Sequence record: DRR723986_9341
Reading direction: 5' to 3' (one strand)
Length of the DNA stretch: 34,160 nucleotides
Part shown: positions 17,494 to 25,520 of the stretch, one piece after another
Layout of the letters: every line of letters starts with the position of its first letter
Numbering within the stretch: the first letter of the stretch is position 1
The notes under the pieces: generated by a model
Databases searched by the model: none
The model's input: the letters and a program-made list of their open reading frames with translations, nothing else
Told to the model about the DNA's origin: nothing
Translations under genes and position numbers: made by a program

Positions 17494-20400
17494 ATGTCGA
17501 GCTTATCAAATGTAAGTATCAACAGGCCAGTTTTGGCCATCGTGATGTCTCTAGTCATCATGCTTTTTGGTGCCATAGGTATTACACTTTTGGGAATAAG
17601 GGAATTTCCAAGTGTTGATCCTCCAGTTATAAATGTGCGGACAACCTACGTAGGAGCTAATGCAGATGTCATTGAAGCTCAGATCACTGAGCCGCTAGAG
17701 GAGGCCATTAACGGTATCCAGGGGATTAAATCCCTGACATCGACGAGCAATGATGGTGGAAGTAGCATCACGGTAGAATTTGACGTGGGAGCTGATCTGG
17801 AAGCTGCAGCCAATGATGTGCGTGACAAAGTTTCGGGTGCTCAGCGAAATCTTCCTCCTGATGCGGAACCTCCAGTAGTTTCCAAAGCTGATGCTGATTC
17901 GGAGCCTATCGTTTTCTTGAACGTTAAAAGCGATGAAAGAAGCCTTTTGGATCTCTCAGATATTGCAGAGAATATTTTCAAAGAAAGACTTCAGACCATA
18001 CCGGGCGTGAGCCGGATTCAGATTTGGGGTGAAAAAGAATATGCGATACGTCTGAGGATGGACCCGCTAAAGATGGCTTCTTATGGAGTTACTCCACTCG
18101 ATGTGCTTTCCAAAGTGCAAAGTGAGAACGTCGAATTGCCCTCCGGGAAAATTGAAGGAGAGACGATTGAGCTGTCTGTTCGAACAAAAAGTAGATTGAG
18201 TAGCCCTCAGGAATTCAATGATCTGATCATAAAAGAGGATCAAAATAACATCGTGCGTTTTCAGGATGTAGGGAAAGCAGAGTTGGCTGCCCTAAATGAA
18301 CGCAGTATTTTGAAGCGTGACGGTGTACCTATGGTGGGTATAGTGTTGGTGCCACTTCCTGGATCTAACAGTATAGAAATTGCTGATGAATTCTATAGGA
18401 GATTGGAATTTATCAAGAAAGATTTGCCATCTGATGTTGGGTTAGAAATTGGATTTGATAAGACAAACTTTATACGAAGCTCCATATCCGAAGTAAAGGA
18501 GACGATTATTACAGCCTTCGTACTTGTTGTAGCCATCATCTTCCTGTTCTTGAGAGATTGGCGAACTACTTTTATTCCAGTTCTGACAATACCGATCTCT
18601 CTAATTGGAGTATTCTTTGTCATGTACCTGATGGACTTTTCTATCAATGTACTTACGCTCTTGGGGATTGTACTTTCGATTGGACTCGTGGTCGATGATG
18701 CGATCGTAGTATTAGAGAATATTTACTCCCGTATTGAAAAAGGAGAAAATCCACAACAAGCAGCCGAAAAAGGCTCTGAGGAGATTTTCTTTGCGGTAAT
18801 TGCTACTACAGTGGCGTTAGCAGCAGTATTTCTTCCAGTGATCTTCTTAACGGGTACAACTGGCCGACTTTTTAGAGAATTCGGTGTAGTAGTTGCCGGA
18901 GCCGTGATCATCTCTTCTTTTGTGGCGTTGACGATGACTCCCATGTTGAGTTCAAAACTTCTCAAGAAAAGAGAGAAGCATAATGCCTTTTACAATTTTA
19001 CCGAACCCGGCTTTGTGTGGATAAATGACAAATATGATCGAGCACTCGCCTGGTTTATGCAATTTCGTTGGGTGTCATTTTTATTGGTAGGTTTTATGGG
19101 ATTTGGCATTTATTGGCTCTTTAACGAGATTCCAACCGAACTTGCTCCTACAGAAGATAGAGGTGAAATCGTAATCAGAATGTCAGGTCCAGAGGGGGCT
19201 ACTTTTGGATATATGGATCGTGTAATTGACCAAATGGTAGCTGATTTTGGCGAGGATTACCCTAAAGACGAGGTGAGAGGCATGGTGTCAGTTACCTCTC
19301 CCGGTTTTGGATCTTCAAGTACAAATTCAGGTTTCATGCGATTTATTTTAACAGACGCTGAAGACAGAGAAAAAACCCAAGGTGAATATTTCAATGAAAT
19401 AAATCAAAAGCTTAAACAGTATACCGGAGTAAGAGCTTTTGCTTCTCAAGCACAATCCATCGGGAATAGCCGTGGAGGTCTTCCTGTTCAGTATGTTTTG
19501 CAGGCGCCAACACTTGATAAATTGAAGGAAGTGATACCTACTTTCATGGAAGAGGTAGGCAAAAGCCCTGTGTTTATTTTCTCTGATATCAACTTGAAGT
19601 TTACCAAACCTGAGCTTGAAATCGAGATAGATAGAGAGAAATCAAGAAATATTGGCGTGTCAATTCAAGAAATCGCCAGGACATTACAGCTATCTTATTC
19701 AGGACAAAGATTCGCCTATTTTATCAAAAATGGTAAGCAGTACCAGGTAGTTGGAGAGATGAGGTTGGAAGATAGAAATGAACCTATAAATCTAAGAATG
19801 TTATATGTCCGCGCAGAGAATGGTTCGTTGGTTCAGCTGGACAACCTAGTCACTGTCACAGAGAAAAGCACTCCGCCTCAGTTGTATAGATTCAATAGAT
19901 TTGTTGCGGGTACTGTTTCTGCCAATTTAGCCGAAGGATATACCATTGGTGACGGGTTGGATGAAATGGACCGTATAGCTGATGAGGTATTGGATGGCTC
20001 ATTTACTACCGATGTGTCAGGTCCTTCCAAGGAATTTAGAGAAAGCTCAAACAGCTTATTATTCGCCTTCCTTTTCGCGTTGATCCTGATTTATTTGGTG
20101 CTTTCAGCACAATTTGAAAGCTTCTTAGATCCACTTACCATCATGTTTACGGTGCCACTCGCAATCTTTGGCGCATTGCTTACTTTATGGTCATTTGGGT
20201 TTACGCTGAATATTTTCAGTCAGATTGGTATTATTATGCTGATAGGTCTGGTGACTAAAAATGGTATTTTGATAGTAGAATTCGCCAATCAACGAAAAGC
20301 CACCGGAATGTCAGTTCATGAGGCGATTTTTGGAGCAGCAGTGGCTAGATTCAGACCGATTTTGATGACTAGTTTGTCTACCATTTTGGGAATTTTACCT

Positions 20401-20556
20401 ATTGCACTTGGGTTAGGTGCAGGTGCTGAAAGTAGAGTTCCAATGGGCGCTGCTGTTATTGGTGGTTTGACCTTTGCGACTATATTGACCCTTTTTGTGA
20501 TCCCAGCAATTTATACTTATCTCACTTCCAAAGAAGGAAGATTAGCCAGAATTTAA
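17494..20556 (+). CDS. RND efflux permease (AcrB/MdtB-like)
   Basis: Start reassigned to ATG 17494. INRPV, GLVVDDAIVVLENI, GLVTKNGILIVEF and RFRPILMT proton-relay motifs are present. Confidence 0.95.
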   Translation: MSSLSNVSINRPVLAIVMSLVIMLFGAIGITLLGIREFPSVDPPVINVRTTYVGANADVIEAQITEPLEEAINGIQGIKSLTSTSNDGGSSITVEFDVGADLEAAANDVRDKVSGAQRNLPPDAEPPVVSKADADSEPIVFLNVKSDERSLLDLSDIAENIFKERLQTIPGVSRIQIWGEKEYAIRLRMDPLKMASYGVTPLDVLSKVQSENVELPSGKIEGETIELSVRTKSRLSSPQEFNDLIIKEDQNNIVRFQDVGKAELAALNERSILKRDGVPMVGIVLVPLPGSNSIEIADEFYRRLEFIKKDLPSDVGLEIGFDKTNFIRSSISEVKETIITAFVLVVAIIFLFLRDWRTTFIPVLTIPISLIGVFFVMYLMDFSINVLTLLGIVLSIGLVVDDAIVVLENIYSRIEKGENPQQAAEKGSEEIFFAVIATTVALAAVFLPVIFLTGTTGRLFREFGVVVAGAVIISSFVALTMTPMLSSKLLKKREKHNAFYNFTEPGFVWINDKYDRALAWFMQFRWVSFLLVGFMGFGIYWLFNEIPTELAPTEDRGEIVIRMSGPEGATFGYMDRVIDQMVADFGEDYPKDEVRGMVSVTSPGFGSSSTNSGFMRFILTDAEDREKTQGEYFNEINQKLKQYTGVRAFASQAQSIGNSRGGLPVQYVLQAPTLDKLKEVIPTFMEEVGKSPVFIFSDINLKFTKPELEIEIDREKSRNIGVSIQEIARTLQLSYSGQRFAYFIKNGKQYQVVGEMRLEDRNEPINLRMLYVRAENGSLVQLDNLVTVTEKSTPPQLYRFNRFVAGTVSANLAEGYTIGDGLDEMDRIADEVLDGSFTTDVSGPSKEFRESSNSLLFAFLFALILIYLVLSAQFESFLDPLTIMFTVPLAIFGALLTLWSFGFTLNIFSQIGIIMLIGLVTKNGILIVEFANQRKATGMSVHEAIFGAAVARFRPILMTSLSTILGILPIALGLGAGAESRVPMGAAVIGGLTFATILTLFVIPAIYTYLTSKEGRLARI

Positions 20557-21902
20557 TGAAGAATCTTAGCCTATTGCTCTTACTGAGTATTGTTGGAACA
20601 AACCTATTTGCACAAAGTAGCGAATCTCTGGATTTGGAGAAAGCGATAACTATTGGTTTGGAGAAAAATCTAGATATTAAAATCGCAGTGGAAACTGTGG
20701 AGATTCAGGAGGGAAATCAGCGAATTGGAACTGGAGATTATTTGATGCCGATTGTTGACGCTACCTATACCCGGACTTTTAGTAATGAAGATGTGGAGCA
20801 GGTATTTGCCACAGATCCTAACCCAAGAACGATTGACAATGCGAAATCCAGATCTAAGAATTTTAGCGTAGTCGGCATTTATGGATTTCGACCTGAGAGC
20901 TTTATTGTACTGAAACGACTGGGTGTCTTGACAGAAATCTCCGAATTGGATGCTAAGATCGCGGTAGAAAATACAGTAGCTAATATTTCATCGGCATACT
21001 ATCGATTAGTATTGGAGCTGCAGCGGCAAAAAGTTTTGAAGCGCACCTTGGATTTGAGTAAGGCTAGATTGGATATAGCTGAGGCTCAATATTCCTTGGG
21101 AGGAGCGGGTAAACGCGACTTTCTCACTGCAGAAGTTGATTACAATTCCGATTTGAGCTTGCTGCTAGGACAGGAGCAGGTCATCCAAAATGCCCGTGTG
21201 AATCTAAATGAACTGATGGCGTTGAATCCTGAAGAGCAGTTTATGATCAATGATACCATCACAGTAGGTGAACCCTTACTTTTACAGGATCTGGTAGAAA
21301 ATGCATTCTTAGAAAATAAAACCTACCTTATTGCTCAGCGCCAAGAAAATGTCGCCTTCCTACAATTGAAAGAATTGCGGGCTAGTAGGCTTCCAGTTAT
21401 TAATTTGAATGCCACCTATGCAACCAATACTTCCAATTCTGACGCGGGAATTCTTACTCAAAATCAGCGCTCTGGATTCAATTATGGGGGAAATATTGCT
21501 TTAAATGTTTTCAACGGGTTTACCCTGAATAGAAGGATTCAGAATGCCAAGGTACAGCAGAAGATTCAAGGTTTTGCTGTAGATCAATATGAGATCCAAC
21601 TTCGATCTGATATTCATAGGGCTTTTAATACCTATACCACTAATCGCAATCTACTGGAGGTGGAGCAGAAGAATTATGCTGTTGCGAAAGAAAGCTCCGA
21701 AATCGCTTTAGAAAGGTTCCGATTGGGAATTGCCTCCTATTTGGAATTTAGAGATGCACAGGTGAATTTGCTTACAGCTGAAAACCGTTTGATTACATCT
21801 ATTTATAATATTAAAGAGCAGGAAATCGAATTGAGACGCCTGTCCGGGAAGATTTTCTTCGATAATAGTTTTGAGGAATTAGACCTGCCTACAGAAGATT
21901 AA
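20556..21902 (+). CDS. TolC-family outer-membrane efflux protein
   Basis: Signal peptide, LDLEKAITIGLEKN and ERFRLGIASYLEFRDAQ; TAATG overlap with the permease stop. Confidence 0.92.
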   Translation: MKNLSLLLLLSIVGTNLFAQSSESLDLEKAITIGLEKNLDIKIAVETVEIQEGNQRIGTGDYLMPIVDATYTRTFSNEDVEQVFATDPNPRTIDNAKSRSKNFSVVGIYGFRPESFIVLKRLGVLTEISELDAKIAVENTVANISSAYYRLVLELQRQKVLKRTLDLSKARLDIAEAQYSLGGAGKRDFLTAEVDYNSDLSLLLGQEQVIQNARVNLNELMALNPEEQFMINDTITVGEPLLLQDLVENAFLENKTYLIAQRQENVAFLQLKELRASRLPVINLNATYATNTSNSDAGILTQNQRSGFNYGGNIALNVFNGFTLNRRIQNAKVQQKIQGFAVDQYEIQLRSDIHRAFNTYTTNRNLLEVEQKNYAVAKESSEIALERFRLGIASYLEFRDAQVNLLTAENRLITSIYNIKEQEIELRRLSGKIFFDNSFEELDLPTED

Positions 21903-21911
21903 TACTGAAAG

Positions 21912-21945
21912 GAAGGCTATTACGATAGTCTTCGTTTTATTATTT
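21912..21945 (+). terminator. Intrinsic terminator after the RND operon
   Basis: GAAGGCTAT-TACG-ATAGTCTTC stem with a UNCG-type loop, followed by GTTTTATTATTT. Confidence 0.7.
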
Positions 21946-21974
21946 GCTTTTTTTAACGAATGCTTATTTTTTCC

Positions 21975-21995
21975 TTTGGCATAGCATTTGCCAAA
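21975..21995 (+). promoter_or_regulatory. Candidate sigma-54 (-24/-12) promoter within a palindrome
   Basis: TTTGGCATAGCATTTGCCAAA gives TGGCA-N6-TTGC with exact GG-N10-GC spacing, about 45 nt upstream of the mltF ATG. Confidence 0.5.
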
Positions 21996-22036
21996 TGGGC
22001 TTTCGTGTAACATCCAGAGTCTTACGACTCTACTGA

Positions 22037-23431
22037 ATGAAAAAAGCAATAATTCTATTTTCCTCCCTTTTAATCCTTCTCCTCTTTGGTGTGCAATGCA
22101 CTTTTATTGAGAAGCATTTTGGGCCTATTTCCAAGGAAGATGCATACGTACTTGACCTTCCAGGAATTCAGAATAGGGGATTTATTCGAGCTGCGGTGGA
22201 TAATAATTCAACCGGTTACTATATCTACCGAGGACGAAGAATGGGCTACGAATATGAGTTGCTTCGTGACCTTGCTAAGCGATTGAATGTTCAGTTGCAC
22301 CTAGTATTGGTTTCAGATATTGATCGAGCCTTCGATTATTTACAGGAGGGAAAAGTGGATTTAATTGCCATGAACCTTGAAAAAAGCATAGAACGCTCCG
22401 AGAAAACTTCCTTCTCTCTTCCCCTTGGGAAAATGAATACAGTTCTGGTGGGAAATGAAAATTCCGGCAAAATCACTTCTTGGGATCAACTTGCTTCAGA
22501 TACAATCTATGTGCGGGAGGGTGCAGTGTACAAAAGTCAACTGTGCAATCTTAAAGATTCTCTTCAATTAAAATATACTATTATTCCAACCCCTGATCAC
22601 GAAGAAACACTTATTGATAAAGTGGCAGAAGGTGAAATAAAATGGACCATAGCTGATCAAAATATTGCTCAAGCCAATGCCACTTACTATGGAGGTTTAG
22701 ATATCTCATGGAAAGTGCAAAAGGAAGGAGATGTGTCTTGGGTAGTGCGGGAAAATGCTCCAAAACTCCTTGTTTCATTGAATAAGTGGTTAGAAGAAAA
22801 GCAAAAGAGATTTATTCCAGACCTCTATGCCAAGTACTTCCTGAATTCTAAGAATAGTTATTTCAGGAGCAACAGTCCCTTTTCTTCCTTAGCGGGCAAT
22901 CAGATTTCTGTTTACGATGAGATAATCAAAGGTGGTGCTGAACAGTTAGGTTGGGATTGGCGCTTGCTCGCTTCGTTGGTTTACAAGGAGTCGAGATTTG
23001 ATACAGTAGCTACTTCTTATGCTGGTGCGAAAGGCTTACTGCAGCTGATGCCAGTTACATTAGAAAGATTTGGAGTGGAAAATCCAAATGATCCAGCCCA
23101 GTCACTAATGGGAGGGGTTCGGTACTTAAGATACCTGGATAAGTTCTGGATGGAAAGAGTTCCCGATACTTCAGAGCGATTGAAATTTGTTTTGGCTTCC
23201 TACAATATCGGTCATGGTCATGTAGAAGATGCTTGGCGATTGACGCTGAAGTATGGTAAAAACACTCAGTCTTGGTCATCAGTTTCTGAGTTTTTAGAGC
23301 TAAAAAGCGATCCCGATTATTACCGGGATCCTATTGTCAAAAGCGGCTTCGCCAAAGGACATCTGGCAGTGAATTACGTGAAGGACGTCATGAGCGTGTT
23401 TGAGTCCTACAAAGCGCTGGTGCAGCCATAA
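22037..23431 (+). CDS. mltF: MltF-like lytic murein transglycosylase (SBP family 3 + SLT domain)
   Basis: GYEYELL and GKVDLIA in the SBP domain; SLT motifs YKESRF, GLLQLMP and ASYNIG; possible lipobox GVQC. Confidence 0.88.
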   Translation: MKKAIILFSSLLILLLFGVQCTFIEKHFGPISKEDAYVLDLPGIQNRGFIRAAVDNNSTGYYIYRGRRMGYEYELLRDLAKRLNVQLHLVLVSDIDRAFDYLQEGKVDLIAMNLEKSIERSEKTSFSLPLGKMNTVLVGNENSGKITSWDQLASDTIYVREGAVYKSQLCNLKDSLQLKYTIIPTPDHEETLIDKVAEGEIKWTIADQNIAQANATYYGGLDISWKVQKEGDVSWVVRENAPKLLVSLNKWLEEKQKRFIPDLYAKYFLNSKNSYFRSNSPFSSLAGNQISVYDEIIKGGAEQLGWDWRLLASLVYKESRFDTVATSYAGAKGLLQLMPVTLERFGVENPNDPAQSLMGGVRYLRYLDKFWMERVPDTSERLKFVLASYNIGHGHVEDAWRLTLKYGKNTQSWSSVSEFLELKSDPDYYRDPIVKSGFAKGHLAVNYVKDVMSVFESYKALVQP

Positions 23432-23455
23432 GCACCTTCCTAAAGCTTTCCCGCC

Positions 23456-23477
23456 TTGGTCTGTGTCACACAGATCA
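23456..23477. repeat. REP-like palindrome, copy A
   Basis: T-TGGTCTGTG-TCA-CACAGATCA forms a 9-bp stem with one G-T between the convergent mltF and rid genes. Confidence 0.6.
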
Positions 23478-23513
23478 TTCTAAACAGGAATTCAATAGGT
23501 GACAGAAGAAGCC

Positions 23514-23987
23514 TTACGCTCCTTCGTGTAGCTCAAACATAGCCTCTACCTCTACAGGTATATTTCCTGGCAAGGAACCCATTCCCACAGCAGATCTTAC
23601 TCCTACACCATTTTCTTCACCCCAGACCTGCATGAATAATTCACTGCAGCCATTGATTACATAAGGATGTCGCTCGAAGGAGGAGTCGCAGTTTACCATT
23701 CCTAGTACTTTGATCACACGCTTCACTCGATTCAGTGAACCTAGATTGGCTTTGATAGTTGCCAGCATCGCAAGTCCAACTTGGCGGGCTGCAAGTTTTC
23801 CGGCTTCTATATCCATATCTACGCCTATTCTTCCCATGATCAAACTGCCATCTTCTTGTACAGTACCATGGCCGGAGAGATACAAGTATTTGCCATCGAT
23901 TAGGCATGGTTTGTAAACACCCAGCGGCTTTGGTGCTGGTGGAAGGTTAAAACCAAGTTTGGTGAAGTTGCTTTCAGGAGTTTCCAT
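23514..23987 (-). CDS. Rid (YjgF/YER057c/UK114) family protein
   Basis: Start reassigned to ATG 23987. LPPAPKPLGVY, YLSGHG, INGCSEL and RSAVGMGSLP...PVEVE, with the Arg retained. Confidence 0.9.
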   Translation of the reverse strand: METPESNFTKLGFNLPPAPKPLGVYKPCLIDGKYLYLSGHGTVQEDGSLIMGRIGVDMDIEAGKLAARQVGLAMLATIKANLGSLNRVKRVIKVLGMVNCDSSFERHPYVINGCSELFMQVWGEENGVGVRSAVGMGSLPGNIPVEVEAMFELHEGA

Positions 23988-24009
23988 AATGGGAGTGTTT
24001 TTTAATTTT

Positions 24010-25323
24010 CTATACAAAAATGTCCAAGATCAGGACACCGGCCAATCCAGCCACAGCTACAATGGTTTCCATCAAGGACCATGATTTGATGGTGTCTTTG
24101 ATACTTACATTGAAAAACTCCTTATACATCCAAAATCCTGCATCGTTGAAATGGGAAAACATCAGACTTCCTGCCCCTATGGAAAGGACCAGAAGATTTG
24201 GATCCACATTCATGGTGGTTATTAAAGGAGCAATTATTCCTGCAGTGGTAAGCCCTGCTACTGTAGCTGATCCTACGCAAACCCGGATAATTGCAGTAAT
24301 AATCCAAGCCAAAATCAATGGATGAATATCCCAACTTTGAAGTCCTTCTGCAATCACTAAGCTTACACCTGTATCAGTAAAAATCTGTTTCAAAGCACCC
24401 GCGCCAGCTACGATCAGTAAAATCATTGCGATGTCTTTGGTAGCTACCGTATAGAGATCCATTATTTTCTTCATGGTGAAATTGCGCTTAAGCCCAAGCG
24501 TAAACGTAGCAATCAAGACAGAAATCAACATTACTATTCCCGGATCAGCTACAAAAGCAATCACTGGCGCTAAGCTGCTTTCTTTGGGAATATTTAAATT
24601 TAGTGCAGTGGTCCCTACAAGTAAAACAACGGGTAGCAATGCGGTGAAAAAGCTGTTCGCTGTTGAAGGCAACTCAGACTCAGGCTTTGTCTCTGCCTGA
24701 AAAGTCTTAAGCGGTTCTGCTTTCATATTCTTCAGCGTTCTTGCGAAAAGAGGTCCTGCAAGAGCAATAGTCGGAATTGCAATTAAAAAGCCGTAGAACA
24801 GCGTCAATCCCATATTGGCGTCAAACTGTGCAACCAAAGCAGCCGGAGAGGGATGTGGAGGAAGGAAACCATGTGTCACCGAAAGCGCCGCCAATAAGGG
24901 AATTCCCACATACACTGCTGAGATTTTATATTGATAAGCTACGGTGAAAGCCAGAGGGACCAGGAGCACAAAACCAACATTGTAGAATAGGGGAATGCCC
25001 ACTACCAAACCGGTGATAGCCATAGCCCAGGTAATGTGTTTTTGGCCGAAGATCTTCATCAGGAAGCCTGCGATACGCTGCGCGGCACCGGATTCTGCAA
25101 CCAACTTGCCCAACATGGCGCCCATCACAATTACGATCACCAAGTCTCCGAGCAAGCCACCCATACCACGCTGCACAGATCCGGCAATCTGATCTGCCGG
25201 AAGACCAAGCAGAAAGCCTGCAGAGATGGAAGCGATCAGAAATGCCAAGAATGGATTGAGCTTAGCCCATACAATCAGCAGCACAAGGATCGCTATGCTG
25301 AGCAGTACTAGAAGAATGGTCAT
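24010..25323 (-). CDS. GntP/DsdX-family H+ symporter
   Basis: KLNPFLA, GAMLGKLVAESGAA, THGFLPPHPSP, GSATVA and SHFNDAGFW motifs. Confidence 0.92.
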   Translation of the reverse strand: MTILLVLLSIAILVLLIVWAKLNPFLAFLIASISAGFLLGLPADQIAGSVQRGMGGLLGDLVIVIVMGAMLGKLVAESGAAQRIAGFLMKIFGQKHITWAMAITGLVVGIPLFYNVGFVLLVPLAFTVAYQYKISAVYVGIPLLAALSVTHGFLPPHPSPAALVAQFDANMGLTLFYGFLIAIPTIALAGPLFARTLKNMKAEPLKTFQAETKPESELPSTANSFFTALLPVVLLVGTTALNLNIPKESSLAPVIAFVADPGIVMLISVLIATFTLGLKRNFTMKKIMDLYTVATKDIAMILLIVAGAGALKQIFTDTGVSLVIAEGLQSWDIHPLILAWIITAIIRVCVGSATVAGLTTAGIIAPLITTMNVDPNLLVLSIGAGSLMFSHFNDAGFWMYKEFFNVSIKDTIKSWSLMETIVAVAGLAGVLILDIFV

Positions 25324-25419
25324 AGGAATAGGTTGGGTTTAGCCGACTAAGATAAAAAACATTGGCGAATAAGAGTTTTACAATTGGAGATTGTTGCCAG
25401 TAGAGAAACAGAGTACAAA

Positions 25420-25446
25420 TTGGTCTGTGATCAGTCGCAGAGATCA
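25420..25446. repeat. REP-like palindrome, copy B (degenerate)
   Basis: TTGGTCTGTGA-TCAG-TCGCAG(AG)ATCA shares TTGGTCTGTG and the terminal AGATCA with 23456-23477. Confidence 0.5.
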
Positions 25447-25520
25447 GTCTCGGAAGGGCTTATTTATTGAACTGTTCGGAACTATAAATTGGACTTTTGC
25501 TTTTGACGGAACGCTCAGGA

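Noticed and set aside
9811-24000. Identical 10-mer GGGAGTGTTT upstream of two minus-strand genes (9811-9820 and 23991-24000)
   Set aside because: The genes are unrelated, the distances to the starts differ, and one 10-mer match in 34 kb is expected by chance.
23988-24017. ORF-track extended start of the Rid gene
   Set aside because: It overlaps the gntP stop; ATG 23987 matches the usual family length.
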